A stretch of 64,000 nt of DNA from an uncultured Pseudomonadales bacterium. Lineage in GTDB: Bacteria > Patescibacteriota > Microgenomatia > UBA1400 > PJMF01. Position numbers and translations under genes: made by a program. Positions 1 through 10,141 of the stretch are shown in pieces. The stretch is taken from the NCBI GenBank assembly GCA_964620965.1, contig CAZUHV010000001.1:213839-277838 (forward strand), written 5' to 3'. The notes beneath the pieces are model-generated. The model was not told the DNA's origin. It did not search any database and saw only the letters and a program-made list of their open reading frames with translations. Numbering within the stretch: the stretch's first letter is position 1; the number at the start of each line of letters is the position of its first letter.

Positions 1-695
1 GCTAATAACTGTCCTTCAAAATAGGAGTGAAATAATAAAACTTGGTTGTCCTCTGCGAATGCCTTAAACTGTTCATGCAAAAACTCATAACTAAATGGGA
101 CAAATCCATGTTTTTGAGCTAACAATAGTTGATTATCGTAAAACCTTTTTATTTCATCTGGATTACTGGTTTTTTCAACAGTTATTCCCAAGCTTTCACA
201 TTTTCTTATTGATGATCTGTGGTTTTTTCTCATTTGCATGAGTAGCTCATCCTCAGAAAGTGTTAAATCTAACTGCAAAGTGAGATCTGCTGTTAAATGC
301 ATCTGTGAAAGTTTTGCTCCAATTTTTTCTACCTGAGCTCTTAAGGTTTCTGAATTAAGTTCTTGAGGTCTGAACCGGATAAAGTCAACTTTTTCTTTAT
401 TTGCTACTTCCTGAATTTTTTCAAATACAAACTCAAACAACACTTCATTATTCCAATCAAAAACTGGTCCTCCAGCAATAGTAATGTAGTCTCCTCGTTT
501 TGCTCTTTCAACAACGAGAAGTGCGAAGCCCACTACTCTAGACTCATCTAAAAAAAGTAGTTTAACGACTTTTTGTCCTAAAGCTTCATGAAATACGCCC
601 CAACTCCATGACTGCAAAAAATTCGCTTCTGGAAAACTATGTACAGCTGTTTCCCATTGTTCTTTTGTTACCTCTGTTGTGATTGAAAAACTCAT
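1..695 (-). CDS. FemAB-family (FemX/MurM-like) aminoacyltransferase, partial; C-terminus lies beyond the window start
   Basis: Minus-strand frame is open from the ATG at 695 to position 1. Translation MSFSITTEV...NFLQSWSWGVF...RKNHRSSIRKCESLGITVE matches FemAB-family signatures. The ATG overlaps the TGA of the upstream gene (ATGA). It is not in the ORF track because it runs off the window. Confidence 0.6.
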   Translation of the reverse strand, partial: MSFSITTEVTKEQWETAVHSFPEANFLQSWSWGVFHEALGQKVVKLLFLDESRVVGFALLVVERAKRGDYITIAGGPVFDWNNEVLFEFVFEKIQEVANKEKVDFIRFRPQELNSETLRAQVEKIGAKLSQMHLTADLTLQLDLTLSEDELLMQMRKNHRSSIRKCESLGITVEKTSNPDEIKRFYDNQLLLAQKHGFVPFSYEFLHEQFKAFAEDNQVLLFHSYFEGQLL

Positions 696-1939
696 CTTTT
701 TCCTAAACTCTCGCTAATTATTCTACAAATTTTTTGAACTTTTCTTTCATCCATTTCTCTATGGGTTGGTAAATTTAAAATTTGTTGAGATAAATCTTCA
801 GCATTTTTACAGCTTCCATTTTTATACACTGTTTTACAATTAAATGAACCACAATCAACTGCCGATCTATACCACCGATCAGAAACATAAATTCTTTGTT
901 TTTTTAGTTCCGCAATAAGAAAATTAACTTCCTCTAGATCTTTACAACGAACAGAAAACCTTAAGTTACTTGCTCTTTTAAGTTCGGATATATCAAATAA
1001 AGGTTCTAAAGACGTTTCATGCAAGAGCTTAAAATACGTTTCAGCCATTCTTCTACGATGCAAAACCTGTCGTTCTAAGTTTGTAAACTGTAACAAGGCA
1101 AGTTTTGCATAAGCAGGATGCATAGCAGTCACTGTATCGGTTTTACTCTTGATTGGAGAACCTAACAAACCAAAAAATTTGCAGATCACCATTAGAACCT
1201 TCCCAAAACCAAAATGATGTGTCTTTCTTATAAAAGAAGTAATGTCTGGATAAATCAAATCTTCATACACATACACAAATGGAACTTGCGAAATTGTTTT
1301 TCTAAAATCCTCAACCTTTTCTGCTAACGCTGGATTGCTATTTTTAAAAACTACAGCTCCACCAGAAATAGCATCAACAATTTTATCTTTTCCAAAAGAT
1401 AAAACGACTGCATCTGCATGTAACCCTAGACTCTCTCCATTTTTATCAACCCCACCAATTCCCTGTGCAACATCTTCTATTAAAAGTAATCCATTTTTTT
1501 CACACCAGTTTCGTATTGCGACACTATCTGCAGGTATCCCCAGACTGTGTTGAATTAAGACAGCTTTCACTTTTTTATCTTTTTTGAAGGCCTCTTCTAA
1601 AGTTGTAACACTAGCGTTAGTTGTATCAGAATCTATATCTGCATAAACTGGTCTCATCCCAGCTCTTAGAATTCCTTCTTCAACAGCATAACAACTAAAT
1701 GCCTGCGTAATAACTGCGTCACCTTTCTCTAACAAAATTTTTAGTGCTACTTCTATAGCATCTCTTCCTTTATAAACGGTAACAACAGAGACTGTTTCTT
1801 CTTTTCTTGAATATTTTTCTGTAAGCAACTGTTCTAACCTAAATAAATCAGATTTTTTTGAACCAAAAATACTCCACAAGCTTGTAGAAATAAATGGAAT
1901 CGAGTAGTTTGATCCAAGACTATTAAAAATTGATCTCAT
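692..1939 (-). CDS. DegT/DnrJ/EryC1/StrS-family PLP-dependent aminotransferase
   Basis: Contains GDAVITQAFSCYA...PVYADIDSDTTN and LSFGKDKIVDAISGGAVVF, the SFxxxK PLP-lysine region of DegT family. Start placed at the internal ATG (MRSIFN...), 2 nt after the upstream stop; the track start 1966 looks like a spurious extension. Confidence 0.7.
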   Translation of the reverse strand: MRSIFNSLGSNYSIPFISTSLWSIFGSKKSDLFRLEQLLTEKYSRKEETVSVVTVYKGRDAIEVALKILLEKGDAVITQAFSCYAVEEGILRAGMRPVYADIDSDTTNASVTTLEEAFKKDKKVKAVLIQHSLGIPADSVAIRNWCEKNGLLLIEDVAQGIGGVDKNGESLGLHADAVVLSFGKDKIVDAISGGAVVFKNSNPALAEKVEDFRKTISQVPFVYVYEDLIYPDITSFIRKTHHFGFGKVLMVICKFFGLLGSPIKSKTDTVTAMHPAYAKLALLQFTNLERQVLHRRRMAETYFKLLHETSLEPLFDISELKRASNLRFSVRCKDLEEVNFLIAELKKQRIYVSDRWYRSAVDCGSFNCKTVYKNGSCKNAEDLSQQILNLPTHREMDERKVQKICRIISESLGKR

Positions 1940-1941
1940 AC

Positions 1942-3438
1942 TTATCTTAAATATTTGAGTGCCCAAGTAGGCATTCTTCCTTCAATTATTACTAAATCAG
2001 TTTCATTTAGGATTGAAACAACCTCACGTAATTGTTCTTCTGATGTTAGAAGCTCATCTCCAAAAACAGATTTAAACTCTTCTATACCAGACTCTCCGAC
2101 ATACACTACTGAATCAAAAACCTTTTGAGATTGCACTGCAAGATCACTGTGTATTTGCTTTGAATCATCACCCAAATCAACAATTCCAGGAGTAACTAAA
2201 ATTTTTCTATTTGCTTTATACGACTTACCTAAAGTAATTATTGCACTAAACCCCTTTGGATTTGAAGTATCACCGTCATCAATCACTTTTGCACCAGAAA
2301 CCAGTTTATAGGAAAGTATGAATTTTTCATGTGGATTAAAAGACTCCAAAGCTTCAATAATCTGCTCTTTTTTCATCTCAAAATGTAGTGCTGTCACAAT
2401 CACAAGGTGAACAACCTCAATGTATTGGGCCCCAATCAATTGAGTTTTAACGGTGTTTTCTCCCCATTTAAACTGTAATTTTCCTTCTGAATCAATTTTT
2501 ACATCAGATAGTTTTGCTTTGCCTAAATCTGGACTTACGGCCACCAACTCTGCTTTATTCTCAACCTTTCCTGTTTCATAAATTTCTTGCGTTTTTTGAT
2601 CGTACACATTACAAATCACTACTGCTTTTTTTGGTAAGCTTGCAACTAACTCAGCTTTTGCTGAAATAATTTCTTCAAGACTTCCAAACAAACCAACATG
2701 TTGTTTTGTTAAACCTGTGATTATAGCCATATTTGGCTGAATCCATTTTGCTAACTCTCTAATCTCTCCTTTTTTATATGCAGCATACTCAATCAATGCA
2801 ATTTGCTCGCCTTTGTATCCAGATACGACACTTTCAGCAACAGAGTACTTTGTGTTAAAAGATTTTGGAGTTTTAAAAACAGAATATTGTTTTCCTAAAA
2901 CATGATTTAACAAAATTTTTGTAGAAGTTTTTCCATAACTTCCAGTTATTCCAACAATAATCGGTTTCTTTGCACTCAAAACCTTCTTTGCTTGATACAG
3001 TCTTTTATACGTTTTTATGTATGCCAAAAAAACAGTAGGAACAGCACTCAGCATTACAAAAAATGGAATGAGAACTAAGTATATAAAAAGAACAACTACA
3101 AATAATACGAAGTTGTACCACAATGGATATGGATACCACTGAATCAAAAACTCTTTTCCAAATGCGACTGAAGTGTTTATATAAAATATAGACACTAGTA
3201 TAAATGTCAGTCCCATCAAAAAAGAACGTTGTGTAACTTTAGGTCTCTTTAAACCTGTCTTTGAAAAATCACTTTTTTTTGGAAAAATTCGCAGTAGTTC
3301 TTTTAATCCTTCTGAAGAACTCAAAAATAAAATAATTCTGTCAAATCTATACTCTTTTTGTTGCAAAATACCAAGCCAACGCAAGGCTCTTACAAAAAAT
3401 GAAGTAAACAAAAAAGCTAATAGTACTAGTGTCTTCAT
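1942..3438 (-). CDS. Mur-ligase family protein (MurF-like); N-terminal substrate domain replaced by about 150 aa of transmembrane helices
   Basis: P-loop VGITGSYGKTSTKILLNHVLG is typical of the Mur ligase middle domain, followed by a C-terminal Mur-ligase domain. The N-terminus is hydrophobic with multiple TM helices. It overlaps the upstream hydrolase gene by 4 nt. Confidence 0.6.
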   Translation of the reverse strand: MKTLVLLAFLFTSFFVRALRWLGILQQKEYRFDRIILFLSSSEGLKELLRIFPKKSDFSKTGLKRPKVTQRSFLMGLTFILVSIFYINTSVAFGKEFLIQWYPYPLWYNFVLFVVVLFIYLVLIPFFVMLSAVPTVFLAYIKTYKRLYQAKKVLSAKKPIIVGITGSYGKTSTKILLNHVLGKQYSVFKTPKSFNTKYSVAESVVSGYKGEQIALIEYAAYKKGEIRELAKWIQPNMAIITGLTKQHVGLFGSLEEIISAKAELVASLPKKAVVICNVYDQKTQEIYETGKVENKAELVAVSPDLGKAKLSDVKIDSEGKLQFKWGENTVKTQLIGAQYIEVVHLVIVTALHFEMKKEQIIEALESFNPHEKFILSYKLVSGAKVIDDGDTSNPKGFSAIITLGKSYKANRKILVTPGIVDLGDDSKQIHSDLAVQSQKVFDSVVYVGESGIEEFKSVFGDELLTSEEQLREVVSILNETDLVIIEGRMPTWALKYLR

Positions 3439-4130
3439 TTAAGAAAATCTCCAATTATTTGTACAGTTTGCACAGCATGTGTAAATTGAGGAGAATGTCT
3501 TGCATCATCAATAATATGCAACTTACTTCCCTTGATTTTTGAATGAAACATATCTGCAAACTGTACTGGAGTTGCCATATCATTCCTTCCCCAAATTATT
3601 ACTGTTGGACAGGTAATTCCACCCAGATCATCTATAACTTCTGTAGAAATTACATTTGCCATTGTTTGGCGTTGCGTTGGGTTTGCATTGAGATAATCTT
3701 GTTCTCTTGCAAGTTTATATAAAAGTTTTCGCAATAGTTCATGTTTAAAAAAAAGCTTTCCCACTTTAGCTACACTACCAAACACTACTCTCTTTAAGAC
3801 TTTCTTAAGAGATCTATCAATCATGCCAGCACTATCAATAAGAATAAGTTTTTTCACTCGCTCATTATTTTGTGCAGTAAATCTTGAAGCAATTTGGCCA
3901 CCAAAAGAGTGACCTAATAAAATAACTGGCTCATTTGGGAGTTCTTTAGAGAGCCACAAAACATACGCATCTAGGCTCCAAACCTCTTGCAATTCTGTTG
4001 TTAGACCAGGAATTGGTAAAAAAACAGTCTTAAAACCTTTCTCTTCTAAAAGCAATCTAAAATTCTGCCACTTTTTTTCATTTTCAGCATCAATTGCCCA
4101 TCCATGTAGTATGTAAATAGTATCATTCAT
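3435..4130 (-). CDS. alpha/beta-hydrolase fold protein
   Basis: GHSFGG nucleophile elbow (GxSxG); size and secondary pattern fit an alpha/beta hydrolase. First gene of the 4-gene minus-strand operon. Confidence 0.6.
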   Translation of the reverse strand: MNDTIYILHGWAIDAENEKKWQNFRLLLEEKGFKTVFLPIPGLTTELQEVWSLDAYVLWLSKELPNEPVILLGHSFGGQIASRFTAQNNERVKKLILIDSAGMIDRSLKKVLKRVVFGSVAKVGKLFFKHELLRKLLYKLAREQDYLNANPTQRQTMANVISTEVIDDLGGITCPTVIIWGRNDMATPVQFADMFHSKIKGSKLHIIDDARHSPQFTHAVQTVQIIGDFLK

Positions 4131-4201
4131 AATTTACTTGTCTTAGTATCTCAGGAGTGATCAAAAGATTCAAGAATTGTTCTTAATTGCTTTCTCAGGT
4201 C

Positions 4202-4229
4202 TTGAAACTTTTGCTCAGGCAAGTATACT
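4202..4229 (+). promoter_or_regulatory. sigma70-like promoter (TTGAAA, 16 nt spacer, TATACT) giving a near-leaderless ppi mRNA
   Basis: Hexamers read directly. The -10 ends 9 nt before the ATG at 4239, so the leader is only a few nt. Confidence 0.4.
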
Positions 4230-4238
4230 AGATGAGTT

Positions 4239-4937
4239 ATGAATTCAAAACAAAATATTTTCACAGTAACAACTATACTCTTCACTTCTCTGTTGGTTTT
4301 TTCAGCTTGTACAGATCCTGCACAAAAAGCAAAACAAAATATTAATCTTACAGGAATCGAGGTTACAGACTCTCAAACTGGTGAAAAACTCAATGAAACG
4401 AATACTGCAGACCTAGAAACTAATTTACAAGAAAGGGCTCAACAAATGCCAGAATATAAAGAACTCTCAGATTTCAAAGAAATTCAAGCTACTCAAGCTG
4501 TCTTTGAAACTTCAAAAGGTACGCTTGTCCTTGATTTATATCGAGATAAAGCTCCACTCACAACTGCAAACTTCTTAAACCTCATTGATGAAGGTTTCTA
4601 TGATGGAATCATATTTCATAGAGTTATACCAGGTTTTATGGCCCAAGTTGGGGATCCTTTAACAAAAGACCCAACAAAGGAAGCATATTGGGGAACTGGT
4701 GGACCAAGTTACAGAATTATGGATGAGTTTGATCCATCACTTTCACATGATTCTGCTGGTATTCTTTCAATGGCAAATGCCGGACCAAATACCGGAGGAA
4801 GTCAAATCTTTATTACTTATGCTCCTCAGCCACATCTAGATGGTAAACATGCAATTTTTGGTAAACTTGTAGAAGGAATGGACATTCTTGAATCCATCGA
4901 ACAGGGAGACAAAATTATAAAAGCCTCCTATAGGTAA
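4239..4937 (+). CDS. ppiB: cyclophilin-type peptidyl-prolyl cis-trans isomerase, lipoprotein
   Basis: [15 protein letters not shown]...GTGGPSY...[18 protein letters not shown] is a cyclophilin signature. N-terminal signal with lipobox LVFSAC. Confidence 0.85.
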   Translation: MNSKQNIFTVTTILFTSLLVFSACTDPAQKAKQNINLTGIEVTDSQTGEKLNETNTADLETNLQERAQQMPEYKELSDFKEIQATQAVFETSKGTLVLDLYRDKAPLTTANFLNLIDEGFYDGIIFHRVIPGFMAQVGDPLTKDPTKEAYWGTGGPSYRIMDEFDPSLSHDSAGILSMANAGPNTGGSQIFITYAPQPHLDGKHAIFGKLVEGMDILESIEQGDKIIKASYR

Positions 4938-4938
4938 A

Positions 4939-6447
4939 ATGAAAAAAAAAGTTGCCGGTATAGTTTGCTTGTTTATAGGTATTTCTTTAGTTTTTGGTAT
5001 TACTATATTCAGATCTGTATCGGCACTTTCTCAATTTAAAAACAGTCTTTTACAGGTTACACACCAAACCAACAATACAGATCAAAGCATTTTTGACTTA
5101 ACTACTATTTCACCTGTCCTCACCTCAATTGAATCAATCTCAAGTAATAAACTGGTAAATCTTGTTTTACCAAAACCACAAAAACAACTGCTTCAAACTG
5201 TTTCAAGTATTATCCTTGATTTACAAACAGTCCTCGAACAATTGGTAAGTGAAGAACAAAACTGGCTTGTTATCTTTCAAAATAGTAATGAGCTGCGAGC
5301 AACTGGAGGATTCATGGGTTCGTATGCAATTGTAGAAATCAATCAAGGAAAAATTATAGCAATTAGAACTGAAGATATCTATGATGCTGATGGTCAATTT
5401 TCTGGTTTTGTAGAGGCCCCAAAGGGAGTTGCTACATATTTAAGCAGCGGAAAAGGTTTAAGACTACCTGATGCAAACTGGAACCCAGATACAGTAAAAA
5501 GTGCAGAACAGATCCTCCCGTTCTTTGCATTTGGAAATAAAAAGAATATAAAAGGAATTCTTTTTGTTAATCTAGATTTTGCAAAAAAACTATTAGCATT
5601 TTTAGGACCAATCGAAATTCCTGATTACAACACAATAGTAACTCAAGAAAACATTGATGAAGTTTTAAGATCAAGAAGAGATGATTTTTTTCCTGGAAGT
5701 ACTCAAAAAAAACATATGTTATCTCAGTTACTTACAAACACGCGCCTCAAAATACTCTCTTTAAACCAAGAAAAAATCTTTGAACTAGTACAGTTGCTTT
5801 CATCGGAGGTTAAAAATCACAACCTACAGTTCTACTCGAATGACGAAACTATCGATGCTATTTTTAACAAATATAACATGCGTCAAGAACTTACTTTGTT
5901 GGATAGTTCCGATTATGTATATCTTGTTGAATCAAATGTTGGAATTAATAAAGCAAATAAAAAAATAGAACGTGAGGTTTTAATTCAAAAAGACAGCACA
6001 AACCTTACACTTGTTGTTACTTTCAAAAATAATAATACTGCTCCAACTACTTCAAAATTATCTGAACTCAATGAGTTACTTTTAGAAAAAGAAAGCTCAC
6101 AAGAAGCAAAGGTTGTAGATCACCTTGCATACATTAACTACCAAAGAGTACTTGTCCCTGCGAACTGGATTCTAGAAAAAGCTGTGTACGAAAACCAAAT
6201 AATACAACAAGTTGATGAAGAGATACTCACTATTGGTGAATCTCAGTTTAAACAAATTGGTTTTTTGATCACACTCGGAGAAGAAAAAAATGGGAGACTT
6301 ACTCTTTCATTTGCTCCAACTACAAATAACAATTCAGTTTTCATCCAAATACAACCAGGTCTCCCTGCAACAAAATATATTCTAGAGTATAATCAAAACA
6401 CTCAAGAGTATATTTTAGAAAATAACCAACTCATTGAGTACCCATAA
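4939..6447 (+). CDS. membrane-anchored extracytoplasmic protein of unknown function (DUF4012-like)
   Basis: N-terminal TM helix, then a 480-aa domain with motif [20 protein letters not shown] reminiscent of DUF4012. The family assignment is from memory only. Confidence 0.5.
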   Translation: MKKKVAGIVCLFIGISLVFGITIFRSVSALSQFKNSLLQVTHQTNNTDQSIFDLTTISPVLTSIESISSNKLVNLVLPKPQKQLLQTVSSIILDLQTVLEQLVSEEQNWLVIFQNSNELRATGGFMGSYAIVEINQGKIIAIRTEDIYDADGQFSGFVEAPKGVATYLSSGKGLRLPDANWNPDTVKSAEQILPFFAFGNKKNIKGILFVNLDFAKKLLAFLGPIEIPDYNTIVTQENIDEVLRSRRDDFFPGSTQKKHMLSQLLTNTRLKILSLNQEKIFELVQLLSSEVKNHNLQFYSNDETIDAIFNKYNMRQELTLLDSSDYVYLVESNVGINKANKKIEREVLIQKDSTNLTLVVTFKNNNTAPTTSKLSELNELLLEKESSQEAKVVDHLAYINYQRVLVPANWILEKAVYENQIIQQVDEEILTIGESQFKQIGFLITLGEEKNGRLTLSFAPTTNNNSVFIQIQPGLPATKYILEYNQNTQEYILENNQLIEYP

Positions 6448-6455
6448 CAAATTCT

Positions 6456-7547
6456 ATGATTTTAACTAAAGAAGAGCTCTCTATCATTGAAAAAGCTACA
6501 GAATACCTCACTACTGTAGCTGTTTTACAGCTAGAACAAGAAGTCAAAGACAAAGAACAACTTACATTCGAACCAAATTTTTGGCAATCAAAAAATGCCC
6601 AAAAAACAATGAAAGAAATTTCTTTGCTCAAAGAAAAAATCGATGATTATGCACAAGTTAAACAATTGACACAAGATATCGAAGCTTATCAGGAACTTCT
6701 GAATGAAACCACTGAAAACGAAACAAAAGAGCTCGAGATCGAACTAAAAAAAGCCCTTAAAAAACTAGAAAAACTCACAAAAGAGCTGCAATTAAAACAA
6801 TACTTAAATGGCAAATATGATAGCTATTCTGCAATCTTATCTGTTCATTCCGGACAGGGTGGCACAGAAGCTATGGATTGGGCAGAAATACTCAAACGTA
6901 TGTATTCAAGGTATTTTGAAAGAAAAGACTGGAAAGCAAGATTAGTCAGTGAATCAAGAGGAGAAGAAGCAGGAATCAAATCTGCAGAATTTGAAGTTGA
7001 AGCAAATTATGCGTACGGATTTTTAAAACATGAACAGGGTGCACATAGACTTGTCAGACAAAGCCCTTTCAATGCGGACAACCTGCGACAAACTTCTTTT
7101 GCTTTGGTAGAAATACTTCCACTTTTAGAAGACACTGATGATGAAATTCAAATCCCTGATTCTGACTTGGAATGGAACTTTTCACGCTCTGGTGGAGCTG
7201 GAGGACAAAACGTGAATAAGGTCAATACTGCAGTTGAACTCACACATATTCCAACAGGGATCGTCGTAAAATGTCGCGAAGAAAGGACTCAAGTTCAAAA
7301 CAAGCAAAAAGCTCTTACAAAACTCAAAAGTAAGCTTGCTCAACTTGAAGCACAAGAACTTTCTGCTGAGCTTGCAAAAGAAAAAGGTGAACACGTCGAA
7401 GCAAGCTGGGGAAATCAAATACGAAACTATGTTTTACACCCTTACAAACTAGTAAAAGACACTCGTACAGAAATTGAAACCACCGATACAGATGCCGTAC
7501 TAGACGGTGATATCGAACTTTTCATTCAAGAAGAAATTAAACTTTAA
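6456..7547 (+). CDS. prfB: peptide chain release factor 2
   Basis: SPF tripeptide (RQSPFNADN) and GGQ motif ([16 protein letters not shown]). Full-length 363 aa in one frame, with no programmed +1 frameshift site. Confidence 0.9.
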   Translation: MILTKEELSIIEKATEYLTTVAVLQLEQEVKDKEQLTFEPNFWQSKNAQKTMKEISLLKEKIDDYAQVKQLTQDIEAYQELLNETTENETKELEIELKKALKKLEKLTKELQLKQYLNGKYDSYSAILSVHSGQGGTEAMDWAEILKRMYSRYFERKDWKARLVSESRGEEAGIKSAEFEVEANYAYGFLKHEQGAHRLVRQSPFNADNLRQTSFALVEILPLLEDTDDEIQIPDSDLEWNFSRSGGAGGQNVNKVNTAVELTHIPTGIVVKCREERTQVQNKQKALTKLKSKLAQLEAQELSAELAKEKGEHVEASWGNQIRNYVLHPYKLVKDTRTEIETTDTDAVLDGDIELFIQEEIKL

Positions 7548-7605
7548 GATAATACAGCATAAAAAATAGCAATTGATTGCTAAATCGGGTATACTAAAAG
7601 GACAT

Positions 7606-8187
7606 ATGAAAAAAATTTCTTTTGACGAAACTACAACTCAAGTAAAAAACCCTGAAACAGTGGTTGACGATGCTCTGCTCCTAGATCATAATCAAAACTC
7701 GTCTAACACAAACGAAGTAGAAACTACTACTACACAAAATCAAGGGAGAGATTTGTTTATGAAGTCACCAAAGCTGATGATAATTTTAATTGTTATTGCC
7801 GTTCTAGCCGGAGTTGGTACAGGTTTTGGGACTTTTAGAATCACTCATAAAAATGCAGGTGAACAACTTGCTGCAGTTCCAACAGAAGAAAAAGGAGTTC
7901 AAGTCGGTGACGAATTTGGAAGCAAAGATGACGCTTTTGATTCACACGCAATCGGTTATGTTGCTGAAGGCGGACTCGATGGCGAAGGCTCACATAAACT
8001 TTTAAGACCAGGTGGAGATTCTCAGACAGTGTACCTAACTTCTTCTGTAACAGACCTTGATTTGTTCGTTGGAATGGAAGTAGAACTCTGGGGTGAAACA
8101 TTCAAAGGCCAAAAAGCTGGATGGTTCATGGATGTTGGTCGCGTAAAAGTAGTTAACACGGACGCAGAAGAACCTACTGAAGAGTAA
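7606..8187 (+). CDS. hypothetical bitopic membrane protein
   Basis: ATG at 7606 (MKKISFDE) preceded by AAGGAC. One TM helix (LMIILIVIAVLAGVGTGF), then a 110-aa Gly/Asp-rich C-terminal domain. The track start 7573 is a TTG extension. Confidence 0.5.
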   Translation: MKKISFDETTTQVKNPETVVDDALLLDHNQNSSNTNEVETTTTQNQGRDLFMKSPKLMIILIVIAVLAGVGTGFGTFRITHKNAGEQLAAVPTEEKGVQVGDEFGSKDDAFDSHAIGYVAEGGLDGEGSHKLLRPGGDSQTVYLTSSVTDLDLFVGMEVELWGETFKGQKAGWFMDVGRVKVVNTDAEEPTEE

Positions 8188-8246
8188 GATTCTGCTATTA
8201 CGTATTGCAAAGAGACAATATTTCAGTCTAAACTAACACAAGTGTT

Positions 8247-9269
8247 ATGATAGTATTTTCTTCTGTAAGCAAACAGTTTTTACCAGAAAGTTTTGCACTC
8301 AAGGATATTTCTTTTGAAATTGATCCTGGAGAGTTGGTACTTTTAACTGGTCCTTCTGGTTCTGGCAAAACTACAGTGATGAAGCTCTTAACAAAAGAGT
8401 ATGATCCAACCTCTGGAGAAATTTTATTCCATAACACCAGCCTAGAAGAAATAAAAAACTCAAAAATTCATGAGCACAGAAGAAAAATTGGCGTAGTTTT
8501 TCAAGATTATAAATTAATACCAGAACTCAATGTCTGGGAAAATATTGCTCTTCCCCTTTCAATCATTGGAAAGTCAGAATCAGAAATAGAATCAAGAGTA
8601 ACAGATCTTCTTGAGTTAGTTTCCCTTACAGACAAAGCATTCCTCTTTCCTACTCAACTCTCTGGTGGAGAAGCTCAAAGAATTAGTATTGCTCGTGCAC
8701 TTTCAACAGCCCCATCCATTATTTTCGCTGATGAACCCACAGGAAATTTAGACAAAGAAAACTCACTGCTTATCGCAAAACTGCTTACTAAAATTAATGA
8801 ACTCGGAACAACAATTCTTTTTGCGACCCACGATCATGATGTCATTGATTTGCTTGGTAAACAGAGACACATCATTTTAAATAACGGAGAACTCCTTACA
8901 GATACTAAAACAAAAAATAAAAAAGAAGAAAATACTAAAAAAACAGAAGAAACGGTAAAAACTAAATCAGAGAAAAGCAGTAAGGAAAGTGACAAAGTTA
9001 CAGAAAAAATAGATACAAAAGAAGACGAGCAAAAAACTGAACCAAAAAACGATGAAGCTGAACTTACTTCTGAGGTAATAAAAAAACCAACCCAGCAAGG
9101 ATTTCTTGCGAAACTTTTTGGTAAAAAAGAAGCTGATAAAGAAAAAGAAACTGATTCAGAACCACCACCACAAGATCTTGAAGAAAATCAAGAAGAATCT
9201 ACAAAAGATAAAAAAACAGAAACAACTGCAAAAAAAATAAAGAAAAAAAAGACAACTAAAAAATCATGA
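8247..9269 (+). CDS. ftsE: cell-division ABC ATPase FtsE with a roughly 110-aa Lys/Glu-rich C-terminal tail
   Basis: Walker A GPSGSGKTT, signature LSGGEAQRISIARAL, Walker B IFADEPTGNLD. Followed by a low-complexity KKEENTKKTEE... tail. Confidence 0.8.
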   Translation: MIVFSSVSKQFLPESFALKDISFEIDPGELVLLTGPSGSGKTTVMKLLTKEYDPTSGEILFHNTSLEEIKNSKIHEHRRKIGVVFQDYKLIPELNVWENIALPLSIIGKSESEIESRVTDLLELVSLTDKAFLFPTQLSGGEAQRISIARALSTAPSIIFADEPTGNLDKENSLLIAKLLTKINELGTTILFATHDHDVIDLLGKQRHIILNNGELLTDTKTKNKKEENTKKTEETVKTKSEKSSKESDKVTEKIDTKEDEQKTEPKNDEAELTSEVIKKPTQQGFLAKLFGKKEADKEKETDSEPPPQDLEENQEESTKDKKTETTAKKIKKKKTTKKS

Positions 9270-10135
9270 ACGCACTAACTACTGCCCTTACCACAATTAG
9301 AAGATCTCCATATCAAGCTTTAACTTCTATTTTAATGGTTGCTGTTACTTTTTTTGTTGCATACTCATTTTCAATTTTTGTCATTGGATCAAAAATAGTC
9401 CTCAACCACTTTGAGACACAACCCCAAATCCTTGCTTTTTTTGAGCTTGATACCGAACAGTCTGTCATCGAAAAAGTTTCAAATGAAATGAAACAAAAAT
9501 CGTATGTTTCTGATGTAAAAATTATTACTCAAGAAGATGCGCTCAAACTATACCAAAAAGATAACAGTGACGACCCATTACTACTAGAATTAGTAACTGC
9601 AGATATCTTGCCAGCTAGTGTTGAGGTTTCTGGAGCAGATATAGAATCTTTGGCAAAAATTAAAGAGGACCTAGAAAAATACAGTAAAGTTGAAGACATA
9701 GAGTACCAAGAAGATGTTATCACTACTCTTAACAACTGGATCTCAACAATCGAATTAACAGGCCTTGCAACAATAGTTGTGTTAGCTTCAATTTCCTTCT
9801 TAATTATTATGGTTATTATTGCAATGAAAGCCAACGCACAAAAGAAAAAGATTCAAATCATGAGAATGCTTGGGGCAACAAAATGGTATGTCAAACTTCC
9901 TTACATGTATGAAGGCATAATCTATGGCTTTGTAGGCTCTCTTATTGGCTGGTTTGCTATGTTTGCGACGTTACTCTATCTCACCCCTTCGATTAACTAT
10001 ATGCTTGGGGATATCACGCTCCTTCCAGCACCACTTGAATTCTATTTTGCTCATGGAGTAAGTGGTATGATTCTAGGAATGTCTCTTGGCTCTTTTGCAA
10101 GTATATTTGCCGTCCAACGATTCATTAAAAATTAG
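9266..10135 (+). CDS. ftsX: cell-division permease FtsX
   Basis: 4-nt overlap with ftsE. N-terminal TM, periplasmic domain, three C-terminal TM helices: the FtsX topology. Confidence 0.75.
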   Translation: MNALTTALTTIRRSPYQALTSILMVAVTFFVAYSFSIFVIGSKIVLNHFETQPQILAFFELDTEQSVIEKVSNEMKQKSYVSDVKIITQEDALKLYQKDNSDDPLLLELVTADILPASVEVSGADIESLAKIKEDLEKYSKVEDIEYQEDVITTLNNWISTIELTGLATIVVLASISFLIIMVIIAMKANAQKKKIQIMRMLGATKWYVKLPYMYEGIIYGFVGSLIGWFAMFATLLYLTPSINYMLGDITLLPAPLEFYFAHGVSGMILGMSLGSFASIFAVQRFIKN

Positions 10136-10141
10136 TATACA

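Noticed and set aside
363-551. 62-aa plus-strand ORF
   Set aside because: Lies antisense inside the well-supported FemAB-family CDS, with low-complexity translation.
6456-6560. Programmed +1 frameshift site in prfB
   Set aside because: The N-terminal region is colinear with RF2 in a single frame, with no in-frame UGA.
8900-9260. A/G-rich low-complexity DNA that could be mistaken for a repeat array
   Set aside because: It is in frame inside ftsE and encodes the Lys/Glu tail. There is no spacer-repeat periodicity.
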